Below, piece after piece: positions 9,718 through 20,220 of a stretch of DNA of 64,000 nucleotides (the first letter of the stretch is position 1; each line of letters opens with the position of its first letter). The notes under the pieces are model-generated. The model saw only the letters and a program-made list of their open reading frames with translations. It made no database searches and had not been told where the DNA came from. The stretch is from an uncultured Clostridium sp. GTDB lineage: Bacteria > Bacillota > Clostridia > TANB77 > CAG-508. Location: the NCBI GenBank assembly GCA_947646915.1, contig CANSII010000001.1:9635-73634 (forward strand). The letters run 5' to 3'. The position numbers and the translations under genes are program-made.

Positions 9718-11979
9718 TTACTGTATAATAGTTTGTAAATTTAAAATATGCCTTTGAATTAATAATAAATCAATAGAAGTAGGCTTCAAAGCACTTTTTC
9801 TAACAATACTAGCCTTTATATAAACATCTTTTAAAGGTTCAATCTCTAAAATATGTCTTTGAATAACTAATAAGTCTACACTATTTATTTTTCCATCACC
9901 ATTTGCATCACCATATAAAATAAATTTATATACTCTTAAAATCTTGCCATCCTCTTTAACACGAACCTTACAACCAGTTCCAATTAAGTCATTATCCTCT
10001 AATATTTTATTTTCATAATTAACAATTTCAATTTCTAAATCAGAAGTAATTAATTGTTTAATATCCTTTACTGTATTTTTATTATAATCAATTCCACTAA
10101 TTTCCAAGCTATTTACTAATAATGGTTTATCAAAATGTATTTCAGAATCGTCCATTTTTCTTACAACAAAAACTTTACATTCATCTTTTATACTTTGATT
10201 TTCATTTGATGTTCCAATAACAGTAACATCACCTTCCTTAAGTGCTGTAATAGTTCCTGTATTATTTACTGTTGCAATAGTTTCATCTGTAGTAGTATAT
10301 ATAATAGTTTTGTCATTAGCATCCTCAGGTTCAATATATCCATTTATTTTAAATTCATCGCCTATTTCCATATATATTTCTTTTTGGTCTAATTGTATTC
10401 CTGTAACTTTACTATATACTTGTATTTCTATTTGGCTTTGCACATCATTTTCTTCTGCTTTGACTGTTATAGTTGTAGTTCCTGAACTAATTGCTTGAAT
10501 GTTTCCTGTATCGTCAATAGTAGCCACCTGTGTATTGCTAGATTTAAATAATAATTTATGATTACTTGCTTCTTGAGGTGTAACTGTGACTTTTAGTTGT
10601 TTCCTTTCTCCTTTTTGTAATGTAAAATTATCAATTGAAATATCTATTTTTTCAATTTGTACTGGAGGAACTTCTGTCACATATGATTGAAAAATATATC
10701 CTATGATGCCATTTTCAAGAATTACTTTATCCCATCTTTCTCCTGATTGCATTCCTTTTTGAATTCTTGTCATTTTTTCTTGCTTTGTTACTGTTGTTAT
10801 TATTTCATATGTCGTTGATGGTCCTGTTCTTATATTAACATTTGTTGTATTACAATATACTTTTGTATTATCTTCTGTAAAATCATTTTTATTGATATTT
10901 GGACTTTCCGTTGGAATTGTTGGCATATTGTTAAAAACAGGTATTATAAAATTCATTGATGTATTTAGTAATCCACTATTCTCATAACCTTTATAAATAG
11001 ATTTTGATTCACTATAAGGAGCTAAAACATTAGTCATATATTGATGCCAAAATAAATCTGAGCCTTTATCATCATTAACATCAAACTTTTGTAAATAAAT
11101 AGTATTTTGTCCAACATTAATATAACTTGAACCAATAAATATACCACCACCTGTAATTGCTCTTTCCTTTGTATTCCAAGGTATTAAGTATTTATTTTTA
11201 GTTTCTTGACTAGCACCTTTTCCATCTTTTGCATATTGTAATCCATTTTTTATTGCCCCCATAGGTTCAGCTGAACTTGTTGCTCCAATATTATAAAAGT
11301 TATACAAACCTTCAAAACCTTGAACTTTTCCACTAATTGATGAATGTGATAAAAAAGGTCCAACTTCCTGTTTAATTCTTGATGCTAAATGATATGGACT
11401 TACAGATGAAGTTTGTCCACCTCTTAAAATTAAATCTGAATATTTTTCATTCATATTTATTATATTTCCACTACTATTAAAAAAAGATACTTTTGTATTA
11501 TAAAACTCAGTTCCATATAATATCTTTTCAATACCATCTAAATTATTTGTTTGTTCATCATATGACAATCCTTCAAATTGAAAGATACGAACTTCATTTA
11601 AAAAATTTCTTGGATCCATACAATATTCAACAGCTTGTTTTGAACTATCTACCCATCCACTATCAACCTCTACATTATATTCACCTGGTGTAAGGTTTTT
11701 CCAACTATCAGAATAATTTTTTGGTACTAAATTTTTTCCAAAAACATTTTCTTGACTGACAGAATAATTCCAATCTAAATTTGTATATAATGCTGTAAAC
11801 TTCCAATTTGGATGTTTTTTAGCCAGTTCTTGTAAATATGGCTGATAACTAGTAGGAAAATTTTCTATCCCATTTAACTTAGTAGAAGCTACTACTTTGG
11901 AATATATCAAAAAACTTGCTGACATTAACAATATTATTATTATAGTTATAATTATTATTTTATTTTTACTAAACTTCAT
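9718..11979 (-). CDS. Secreted cell-wall hydrolase (glucosaminidase-like) with SH3b, two Ig-like and a C-terminal dockerin domain
   Basis: YNFYNIGA, HQYMTN; NIRTGPSTTY SH3b; SSNTQVATID Ig-like; YGDANGDGKINSVDLL dockerin. Confidence 0.8.
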   Translation of the reverse strand: MKFSKNKIIIITIIIILLMSASFLIYSKVVASTKLNGIENFPTSYQPYLQELAKKHPNWKFTALYTNLDWNYSVSQENVFGKNLVPKNYSDSWKNLTPGEYNVEVDSGWVDSSKQAVEYCMDPRNFLNEVRIFQFEGLSYDEQTNNLDGIEKILYGTEFYNTKVSFFNSSGNIINMNEKYSDLILRGGQTSSVSPYHLASRIKQEVGPFLSHSSISGKVQGFEGLYNFYNIGATSSAEPMGAIKNGLQYAKDGKGASQETKNKYLIPWNTKERAITGGGIFIGSSYINVGQNTIYLQKFDVNDDKGSDLFWHQYMTNVLAPYSESKSIYKGYENSGLLNTSMNFIIPVFNNMPTIPTESPNINKNDFTEDNTKVYCNTTNVNIRTGPSTTYEIITTVTKQEKMTRIQKGMQSGERWDKVILENGIIGYIFQSYVTEVPPVQIEKIDISIDNFTLQKGERKQLKVTVTPQEASNHKLLFKSSNTQVATIDDTGNIQAISSGTTTITVKAEENDVQSQIEIQVYSKVTGIQLDQKEIYMEIGDEFKINGYIEPEDANDKTIIYTTTDETIATVNNTGTITALKEGDVTVIGTSNENQSIKDECKVFVVRKMDDSEIHFDKPLLVNSLEISGIDYNKNTVKDIKQLITSDLEIEIVNYENKILEDNDLIGTGCKVRVKEDGKILRVYKFILYGDANGDGKINSVDLLVIQRHILEIEPLKDVYIKASIVRKSALKPTSIDLLLIQRHILNLQTIIQ

Positions 11980-12007
11980 ATTTTACCTTTCCTAAATATT
12001 TTAATAT

Positions 12008-12661
12008 TTAATCCCCCACAACTTCCTTAGCCTTAACAATAATTCTCATTTCAGAATCATTAGTACAAGTAATTAATGTTACCTCTTTTGTATTATTTGT
12101 ATTTTGAGACAAACAACTAACATCTTTTGGAAAAACCTTAAAAACATCAAAAATTTCATATTCAACTTTACCAATTGTATTATCAGAAATAAATAATTTA
12201 TCGTCTACAGTTACATTTTTTAAATTATGAAACATATTTTTATTTTGAAAATTATGTCCTGCAATACAAAAATTGCCAACTTGATTTGGATTTGCTCCCC
12301 AAAACTTTGTTACAGAAATATTTAAAGCACTTTCTGAATAGTTTTTTAATATATACGTAACCAATTTAATTTTTGGTATTTCTAATTTTGCAATAACATC
12401 ATATCCTTTATATTCTTTAATAACTTCTTCTTTTGGATATTGTTTAATTATTGCTTCTTTAATTTGACTATCTGAATTTATATTATTTATTTCTATTTCA
12501 TTACTATTTTGTTCTAAACTTAAAGAAGATATATCATATTTATCAATATTTTTAATTTTTCTTTCGTTATACATCTCTACAAAAACCCAAATTATAATTA
12601 TAAAAAAAATAATAAAAATTATACTATTGAATATTATTACTTTATTACTTCTTTTCTTCAT
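12008..12661 (-). CDS. Sortase
   Basis: N-terminal TM; GNFCIAGHN, TLITC and downstream Arg. Confidence 0.9.
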   Translation of the reverse strand: MKKRSNKVIIFNSIIFIIFFIIIIWVFVEMYNERKIKNIDKYDISSLSLEQNSNEIEINNINSDSQIKEAIIKQYPKEEVIKEYKGYDVIAKLEIPKIKLVTYILKNYSESALNISVTKFWGANPNQVGNFCIAGHNFQNKNMFHNLKNVTVDDKLFISDNTIGKVEYEIFDVFKVFPKDVSCLSQNTNNTKEVTLITCTNDSEMRIIVKAKEVVGD

Positions 12662-12871
12662 TTTCTTCTCCTTGATTTTATTTTATAGTAAATTTAAACA
12701 AAATATGTAATTGAATAATTATGTATAAATAGAAATTACTTTAGAAAAAAATATTAAAAGTCAAATAATATTAATCAAAAAAATTTTTATTTTTTTATTA
12801 CAAAATGGAATTTTAAAAAATTTATATTATTTGGCTTTTATCTTTACTTTTAATTTTTATAATATATCATT

Positions 12872-13930
12872 TTATTTTTTATTAAAAATAGCATAACAAC
12901 TAATTAGAACTATTAATAACGCCATTATAGGAATATACATATTTATACCTGTTTTAGGTAAAACAGTTGGTGTTTTTTCAGACTCTACCACTTCTTCTTT
13001 AGGTGCATTTTCTGTATCAGCTACTGGCGGAGTTGTCTCTGTTGGTGGTGTAACTCCTGTATCAGTTGGAGGTATAACTTGTGTTGCACTTTCAACTACT
13101 TTAAATTGAAATGCTTGCTCTGAAATTACGTGATCTGAGTTATCTCTATCAATTAATTTCAAAGTTATTGTATAATCTCCAGCTTGGCTAAATACTCCTC
13201 TAACTTGTAATACTTGAGATACGTCTTTTCCTCCAATTTTAAAGCCTTGAGCATCTCCCCATCCACTTTGGATGATATCATGTTCTAAATTAGCGTCATC
13301 TGTTGCTAATAATTGAACTGTTGCTCCTGTAGGTTTTGTTGCTTCTGCTACTAATCTTGCATGTTCATAATAATGTCCCATTGGTGAAGAATATGAAAGT
13401 GTCATTTGTTTTTCTTGTTCTTTTACTATTTCTCCAACGTTCTCTAATTTTAATGTGTAATTAACGTATTCAGGTTCTACTGTTACGTTCTTTACAATTG
13501 GTGTTGTTATATCCTCATAAGTAATTGATGCATCTGCACTTGCTAATCCATCTCCTGTAACTGTAAATTCTGTTGGATTTGATGTTGTAATATTTTGTTT
13601 AGCTTTAAATATTACACTCATATTTGTTCGTGGATTTGTTCCACCTGTTGTATCATGATATACAACTATTACTTTATCTGTTGTATTATTTGCTGTTCCT
13701 CCTTCTGCTGAAACATAATCAAATATATTGTTGTCATAAGAAATATTAAATGTATATGCTCCTAAGTTTTGTCCAAATTGTATTGTAACTTTTACTTCTT
13801 CTCCTGGTCTTACAGTTGTTTTATCTGTCTGAACATCTATTGTATCTAATTCTGCTGCAAAACTGCATCCTGTGAGAATAAGTACTGATAATAAGGCTAT
13901 TATACCTATAAAACTAATTATTCTTTTCAT
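12872..13930 (-). CDS. LPxTG-anchored cohesin-domain surface protein
   Basis: Signal peptide; YDNNIFDYVS cohesin-like; P/T linker; LPKTG + TM + KK. Confidence 0.8.
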   Translation of the reverse strand: MKRIISFIGIIALLSVLILTGCSFAAELDTIDVQTDKTTVRPGEEVKVTIQFGQNLGAYTFNISYDNNIFDYVSAEGGTANNTTDKVIVVYHDTTGGTNPRTNMSVIFKAKQNITTSNPTEFTVTGDGLASADASITYEDITTPIVKNVTVEPEYVNYTLKLENVGEIVKEQEKQMTLSYSSPMGHYYEHARLVAEATKPTGATVQLLATDDANLEHDIIQSGWGDAQGFKIGGKDVSQVLQVRGVFSQAGDYTITLKLIDRDNSDHVISEQAFQFKVVESATQVIPPTDTGVTPPTETTPPVADTENAPKEEVVESEKTPTVLPKTGINMYIPIMALLIVLISCYAIFNKK

Positions 13931-14143
13931 AAAATTTTTCCTCCTTTTTTTATTTTATATTTTTATTATGTCTTTTTTTATTTAATTTTATTTTGTAAAA
14001 ATTTGCTTTTTAAAACATAAAAAATAAAATTAAGGAACTATTTAAAGTCAAATTATATTAATTCAAAAAAAACACATTAAATTTTTTTATAAATCTAATG
14101 TGTTTTTAATATATAAAATTGTTATACTCTCAATTTCCTATCT

Positions 14144-14911
14144 TTATTTAACTTCTCTACATTTTACAACAACTCTTTGTGAACCATCATCAGTACAAGT
14201 TATAAGTGTTATTTCTTTTTTACCTCCAGTTTTTTGAGTGGTACAAGATGTATCTTTAGGATTAACAGTATATTTATCATAAACAGCATATGTAATTGTT
14301 CTTTTTGATAAATCTGTAATTTCTACAGTATCACCAACAACTAATGTTGGAACTTTACTAAAAAATCTTTGATTTCTATAATTATGTCCAACTATACAGA
14401 AATTTCCGACTTCATTTGGTTCAGTCCCCCAATATCTGCAAGGTGAATGTTTCAATAGATCATCTATTTCTTCAGTGGTTCCTGTTACTCCATGTAATAT
14501 TGAATAATTTACATTTATTTTTGGTATGTTTATACTTGCTATAATTCTATATTGATATCCATTCTGAGTTGTTCTTATTTCTGCTTGCTTATTTATCTTA
14601 GCAATATCAGGCTCTGTTATGTCTTTAATAATTGTAGTATTTTTTCCATCATCATTTAATACTACCATTAATATATCATCTTTAGCTATTGTTGTGTCTT
14701 CTTCTGTTGATGATAATAGTTGATTTAAATCTGCTAATATTTCTTGTGATGTTTCTTCACTTTTATTTCTATCATATTCAGCATAAATATAAAAAGATGT
14801 TAATACACATACTAAAAATAAAGATATAATAAATTCAAATTTATATAATTTCTTTTTCTTTTTTAACTCTGGAGTTACATATAATTTTTCTGTTACTAAT
14901 ATTTGATTCAT
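14144..14911 (-). CDS. Sortase
   Basis: TM anchor; GNFCIVGHN, ITLITC...R. Confidence 0.9.
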   Translation of the reverse strand: MNQILVTEKLYVTPELKKKKKLYKFEFIISLFLVCVLTSFYIYAEYDRNKSEETSQEILADLNQLLSSTEEDTTIAKDDILMVVLNDDGKNTTIIKDITEPDIAKINKQAEIRTTQNGYQYRIIASINIPKINVNYSILHGVTGTTEEIDDLLKHSPCRYWGTEPNEVGNFCIVGHNYRNQRFFSKVPTLVVGDTVEITDLSKRTITYAVYDKYTVNPKDTSCTTQKTGGKKEITLITCTDDGSQRVVVKCREVK

Positions 14912-15009
14912 TGTATTCTCCCTTCGCTTTAATTATTATAACTCAATTAATTTTTATGTTTACTCACCTTTATATTATAACATAGATTTAATATTTTTTA
15001 AATATCTTT

Positions 15010-15864
15010 TTACAAATTATCTAAAATTTTTGAAAACTCTTCTAAACTTAATTCTTCTGGTCTAACATTTTCTTTTAATTGTAAGTTTTTTAATATTTCT
15101 ATACCTTTATTTTTATTTTCAAATATTTTATTATTTGTTAGTGAGTTCAATAATGTTTTTCTTTTTTGCATAAATGCACTTTTTATAATTTTAAACATTT
15201 TTTCTTTATCTTTTGGAAAAACAGGTGCTTCTTTTCTAACTTTTAGCTTTATAACTTTTGATGTAACCTCAGGTTCTGGTACAAAAGAATCTTTTGGCAC
15301 TTCTATTATTGCTTCTGATATAGCATAATAAAATACAGAATATGTTATTGCTCCTGTATTTTTTTCTCCAGGTGTTGCTATTAATCTATCTGCAACTTCT
15401 TTTTGTATCATTACTGTTATACTTTCCAAATCTAGTTCTTCTTCTAATAATTTCATTATTATTGGTGTTGTTATATAATATGGTAAATTGGCGACTATTT
15501 TTGCATTTTTTATATTTCCACTATCTTTTTCATTTTTTATTATATTTTTTAAATCTACTTTTAATACATCATTATTTATAATCTCAAAATTTTCATATAA
15601 TGAAAATCTATCTTTTAATATATTTACCATTCTTTCATCTAATTCAATACAAATTACTTTGTTTGCTTTTTCTAATAATTTTGCTGTTAATGTTCCTAAT
15701 CCTGGTCCAATTTCTATTACTAAATCTTCTTTATTTATATCACTACTTTCTATTATTTTCTCTACAACATTTTCATTTATTAGAAAATTTTGTCCTAGAT
15801 TTTTATTTGCTTTAATATTATATTTTTTCATTATAAATCTTGTTTCTTCATAAAGATTTTCCAA
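15010..15864 (-). CDS. rsmA: 16S rRNA adenine dimethyltransferase
   Basis: LGQNFL, EIGPGLG, VANLPYYITTP, F.P.P.V.S motifs. Confidence 0.95.
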   Translation of the reverse strand: MENLYEETRFIMKKYNIKANKNLGQNFLINENVVEKIIESSDINKEDLVIEIGPGLGTLTAKLLEKANKVICIELDERMVNILKDRFSLYENFEIINNDVLKVDLKNIIKNEKDSGNIKNAKIVANLPYYITTPIIMKLLEEELDLESITVMIQKEVADRLIATPGEKNTGAITYSVFYYAISEAIIEVPKDSFVPEPEVTSKVIKLKVRKEAPVFPKDKEKMFKIIKSAFMQKRKTLLNSLTNNKIFENKNKGIEILKNLQLKENVRPEELSLEEFSKILDNL

Positions 15865-15933
15865 TTTTCACCATTCCCCTTTTGATGTTTTATTAATATG
15901 TACATTTTTAATTAACATTTTTAAGCATTTATT

Positions 15934-16842
15934 TTATTCTATTGTTTTTATTTCTTCTATCGGTAACCCTGTAATTTCTTTTATTATTGCTATATCAATA
16001 TCTTGATATTTCATTTTCTTTGCAATTTCTCTTTTTTCTTTTTTTCTTCCTTCTTTTAATCCTGTTTCCATACCTTTTTCTATTCCCTCTTTTAGTCCTG
16101 TTTCTATCCCTTTTTCTATTCCCTCTTTTAGTCCTTTATCATATCCTGCCCCTTCAATTGCCTTTTGATCCATTATATATTTTTCTCTTAATTCTGCCAA
16201 ATATATTTCATGCTCATCTTGACTTATATTCTCTAATACTTTTCTTGCTTTTACTACTTCTTCGTTTTCCTTTTCCAAATCGATCACCTCTGGACTTTCT
16301 ATAAATTTTATCCATGCGTCCAATGTGTTATCTTTCATATATTCTTTATATCTCTTGAACTTTGGTAGTTCAATTATATAAATTTCCATTACTTCTGTCA
16401 ACACAATTTTCTGATATTCTTCTTCTCTTATGTTCCATTTTGTTACATATTTTTTTATTTCTTTTAGTCCTTCTAATTCGTAGTCAGCTATTAATATAAC
16501 TATTGTTTTTTCTAATTGTGTATAGTCTTGTCCTCCTTTAACACTTGTATCATACATTCTACTCCAATAAAATAGTAATCTTTTTTCAATATCCCTTTTA
16601 TTTATCACTTGCATTTCTATATCACAATTAACATTATTTTCTATTTTTGCTTTTATATCTAATATGCCTATTTTATCATCTAACATATCTCTTTCTAATA
16701 TAGGATTATTATCTAATTTTAAGTCTCTTACTTCTTTTTTTAATATTGAACTTATTAATCCTGCAGTAATTTTTTCATTCCCTACATATCCAAATATTCT
16801 TTTAAATACATAATCTAGTTTTGGATTTAATAATTTCTTTAT
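15934..16842 (-). CDS. Rpn family PD-(D/E)XK nuclease/putative transposase; probable ATA start
   Basis: In-frame extension of the track ORF gives LLNPKLDYVFKRIFG; LDI...DIEMQ; C-terminal EGIEKG repeats. Confidence 0.85.
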   Translation of the reverse strand: MKKLLNPKLDYVFKRIFGYVGNEKITAGLISSILKKEVRDLKLDNNPILERDMLDDKIGILDIKAKIENNVNCDIEMQVINKRDIEKRLLFYWSRMYDTSVKGGQDYTQLEKTIVILIADYELEGLKEIKKYVTKWNIREEEYQKIVLTEVMEIYIIELPKFKRYKEYMKDNTLDAWIKFIESPEVIDLEKENEEVVKARKVLENISQDEHEIYLAELREKYIMDQKAIEGAGYDKGLKEGIEKGIETGLKEGIEKGMETGLKEGRKKEKREIAKKMKYQDIDIAIIKEITGLPIEEIKTIE

Positions 16843-16885
16843 AGTACATTCCTTCTTTCTTTTTTATTTTCTAAATATTTTATAC

Positions 16886-17257
16886 CTAAATAATCTGCTT
16901 TATGTGGTTAATATCAAACTTTCCATTTTCTAAAAATACCTCAATAACATCAAATCTAACAAAAGCATCTATCAAATGATATTTAAATAAAAAATACTTT
17001 GCAGATTTACAAATATGATTTATCTTAACACCATTTATAGCTTCTGCAGGCTTTCCAAACATATTACTAGTTCTAGTCTTCACTTCAATAAAAACAATTT
17101 CTTCATCAATTTTATTTTCATCTTTTGCAATTATATCAATTTCACCTTGTTTACAATAAAAATTTCTATGTAAAATCTTATAACCTTTTTCCTCTAAAAA
17201 CGAAACTGCAACCTGTTCTCCAAAATTACCCAAATCTTTTTTCTGTTTAATTTTCAT
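16886..17257 (-). CDS. YraN family endonuclease-like protein
   Basis: GEIDIIA, VFIEVKTR, RFDVI. Confidence 0.92.
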   Translation of the reverse strand: MKIKQKKDLGNFGEQVAVSFLEEKGYKILHRNFYCKQGEIDIIAKDENKIDEEIVFIEVKTRTSNMFGKPAEAINGVKINHICKSAKYFLFKYHLIDAFVRFDVIEVFLENGKFDINHIKQII

Positions 17258-18219
17258 ATTAATTTAAAATTCTTTCCTGGAAGTGATACAACTAAATCCT
17301 CCAACTCCATTAACACCAATTTTGAACTTATATCTTTTACATCTGCATTTAATAATAAAGTAATTTCTTCAATATTCATACATTCATTTTTTTCAAGCAC
17401 ATTATAAATATCTTCAAACTGTTTATCAATTTGTTTTTTATTTACCTTTATATTATTTACCAATTTATTATCATTTATATTTTTTGTTTCTATTTTATTT
17501 TTTCTATTTTTGCTATTATTTTCTATTATATATTCAGAATTTACTTTTTTACTTTTAATGCTCACTCTTTTAAAATTACACGTATCAAACTTATTAATAA
17601 TATCTTTAACATCTGTAACAAGATTAGCACCTTTTTTTATTAATTTATTAGGGATAATTCCTTTATTATTCTCTAAACTTGAAGGTATACAAAAAATTTG
17701 CTTTCCCTGTTCTTTTGCTAGTCTAGCAGTAACACTTGTACCACTTACTATACCTCCTTCTACAACTAATATTCCTATTGAAAGGCCACTTACAATTCTA
17801 TTTCTTTCCAAAAATTTCTTTGAATCTGCTTTTACATCATCTTCATATTCAGTAATAATAAGTCCATTATTCTTTAAAATTTGATTATACAAACCTTCAT
17901 TTTGCCTTGGATATATATTATTTAATCCACTTGGTAAAACAGCAATAGTTTCACCTCCAGCTTCTAAAGCACCTTTATGTGCAAAGCTATCAATTCCAAT
18001 AGCCATACCACTAATAATTGTTATCCCATATTCGCATAAACCTTTAGAAAACTCAATAGCCATTTTACTACCATAATTAGAACACGTTCTTGAACCAATT
18101 ATAGCAATACCTAGTTTTTCTAATAATGTAATATTACCTTTACAATATAAGCATCTTGGTGGATTTTTAATTTTCCTCAATTGTTTTGGAAATTCTTTAC
18201 CTTCTAAACTAATCCTCAT
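17254..18219 (-). CDS. dprA: DNA-processing protein DprA
   Basis: IAIIGSR, SGMAIGIDSFAH, FLERNRIVSGLS, C-terminal winged helix. Confidence 0.93.
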   Translation of the reverse strand: MRISLEGKEFPKQLRKIKNPPRCLYCKGNITLLEKLGIAIIGSRTCSNYGSKMAIEFSKGLCEYGITIISGMAIGIDSFAHKGALEAGGETIAVLPSGLNNIYPRQNEGLYNQILKNNGLIITEYEDDVKADSKKFLERNRIVSGLSIGILVVEGGIVSGTSVTARLAKEQGKQIFCIPSSLENNKGIIPNKLIKKGANLVTDVKDIINKFDTCNFKRVSIKSKKVNSEYIIENNSKNRKNKIETKNINDNKLVNNIKVNKKQIDKQFEDIYNVLEKNECMNIEEITLLLNADVKDISSKLVLMELEDLVVSLPGKNFKLI

Positions 18220-18255
18220 TAAAATTCACCTCCATATTTTTTACAAAACAAATTA

Positions 18256-18470
18256 AGCATAATAATATTAATCTGAAAAAACGAGTTTGACTGTAAAACA
18301 TTATTCACTTCAACCAATTATAGTGTGTATCTAAAATATAAATATTTAGTATCTTAAACGCCTTGGAAAACGGAGTTTTTGAAGATTCATATTATTTATG
18401 CCAATATATTTATTATAAAAACATTTAAGCTTAATAATATTAATCTGAAAAAACGAGTTTGACAGTTATT
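18256..18470. repeat. Family A repeat, one full copy plus a partial duplicate
   Basis: Core shared with 7991-8146; ATCTGAAAAAACGAGTTTGAC occurs twice. Confidence 0.75.
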
Positions 18471-18482
18471 GGTATAATAAAA

Positions 18483-20018
18483 TTAAAATTTATCTCCATA
18501 CTTTCTATCTAAGCATCTATACTGAATAGACTCAGCAAGATGATTTTTTTCTATATAAACTTTCCCATCTAAATCAGCAATAGTTCTAGCAACCTTTAAA
18601 ATTCTTGAATAAGCCCTACCACTTAATCCCAGTTTTTCAAAAGCAATCTCCAGCAACTTTTTGCATTCATTATTTAAAATACAAAACTCATCAATCAATT
18701 TAGGAGTCAATTCAGCATTAGAAAAAATATTTAATTTATCATATCTTAATTGTTGAATCTTTCTTGCATTATTAACTCTAATCTTAATTTCATTTGAAGT
18801 TTCATCTTTTTTAGTCCCATTTAATTTTTGATATTTCACTGCCTTAACTTCAACATGTAAATCAATTCTATCTAACAAAGGGCCACTAATTTTACTCAAA
18901 TATTTATCAATCATTTTCTTTGAACATGTACAATTTTTTTCAATACTCCCAAAATAACCACAAGGACAAGGATTCATACTTGCTATCAGCATAAAATTTG
19001 ACGGATAAGTTACTTTAGAATACAATCTAGAAATTGTAACAAATCTATCTTCTAAAGGACCTCTTAAAACTTCTAGAGTATTTCTATTAAACTCTGGTAA
19101 TTCATCCAAAAACAGGACACCATTATGAGCTAAACTAATTTCTCCTGGTTTAGGATTTTTACCTCCTCCAATCATTGATATTGGTGAAATTGTATTATGT
19201 GGACTTCTAAAAGGCCTTTCTGTTATTATTCCAACTTTACTATTTAACATTCCAGACACACTATGAATTTTAGTAACTTCTAATGACTCTTCAAAAGTCA
19301 AATCAGGCAAAATTGATGAAATTCTTCTAGATAGCATTGTTTTACCACTTCCTGGGCTTCCAATAAGGAGACAATTATGGTTTCCCGCAGCAGAAATTTC
19401 TAAAGCTCTTTTTACATTTTCCTGACCTTTTACATCTGAAAAATCTAATAAGTCTTTATTATTTTGGCTAAATATATTTTTCATATCCAAATTAACTTTT
19501 GAAATTTGTACATTTCCATTTAAATAACCAATTAACTCTTCTAAATTATTTACTCCCACAATATCTAAATTTGTTACAACAGTTGCTTCTCTTTCATTTG
19601 CTTTTGGTAATACAACTCTTTTTATTCCCAAATTTTGTGCCTCTATGCACATTGGTAAAACACCATTAATATGATTTATTTTTCCATCTAATGACAGTTC
19701 ACCAATAAATATTGTATTTTTAATGTTTTTTGTATTTATAATTTCTAAATTAGCTAAAATTCCTATAGCTATTGGTAAATCGTAGCTTGTTCCTTCTTTT
19801 CTTGTATCTGCTGGTGCTAAATTAATTAATATTTTTCTACTTGGAAATTCTATCATAGAATTCTTTATCGCTGATCTTATTCTCTCTTTTGATTCTTTTA
19901 CACTCATATCTGGCAATCCTACAATTTCAAATGCAGGAATTCCTCCTGTTATATCTGTTTGTACCTCTATAAGATTTCCTTCTAGTCCTGTTAAAGCAAT
20001 AGTTTTTATAATTTTCAT
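18483..20018 (-). CDS. comM: YifB/ComM Mg-chelatase-like AAA+ ATPase
   Basis: IVGLPD, NLAPAD, GSPGSGKT, LAHNGVLFLDELPEF, MNPCPCG. Confidence 0.92.
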   Translation of the reverse strand: MKIIKTIALTGLEGNLIEVQTDITGGIPAFEIVGLPDMSVKESKERIRSAIKNSMIEFPSRKILINLAPADTRKEGTSYDLPIAIGILANLEIINTKNIKNTIFIGELSLDGKINHINGVLPMCIEAQNLGIKRVVLPKANEREATVVTNLDIVGVNNLEELIGYLNGNVQISKVNLDMKNIFSQNNKDLLDFSDVKGQENVKRALEISAAGNHNCLLIGSPGSGKTMLSRRISSILPDLTFEESLEVTKIHSVSGMLNSKVGIITERPFRSPHNTISPISMIGGGKNPKPGEISLAHNGVLFLDELPEFNRNTLEVLRGPLEDRFVTISRLYSKVTYPSNFMLIASMNPCPCGYFGSIEKNCTCSKKMIDKYLSKISGPLLDRIDLHVEVKAVKYQKLNGTKKDETSNEIKIRVNNARKIQQLRYDKLNIFSNAELTPKLIDEFCILNNECKKLLEIAFEKLGLSGRAYSRILKVARTIADLDGKVYIEKNHLAESIQYRCLDRKYGDKF

Positions 20019-20080
20019 ATAATTTATCTCCTTCTTTTAAATATTATTATTTTAAATTTTTTTTGAAATATTATATTGTT

Positions 20081-20170
20081 TAGAAAAAAGATATATATTT
20101 CAAAGTGAGTTTGAACTGAGTAGATATTCAATTTAAGCCATTATAATGTGTATCTAAAACTTAATATATT
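20081..20170. repeat. Family A repeat, partial
   Basis: TAGAAAAAAGATATATATTTCAAAGTGAGTTTGA identical to ~53900. Confidence 0.7.
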
Positions 20171-20220
20171 TTAATGTGTATATTTTAAGTTATTTTTAAT
20201 ATTTTTATTGATTTTTAAAG

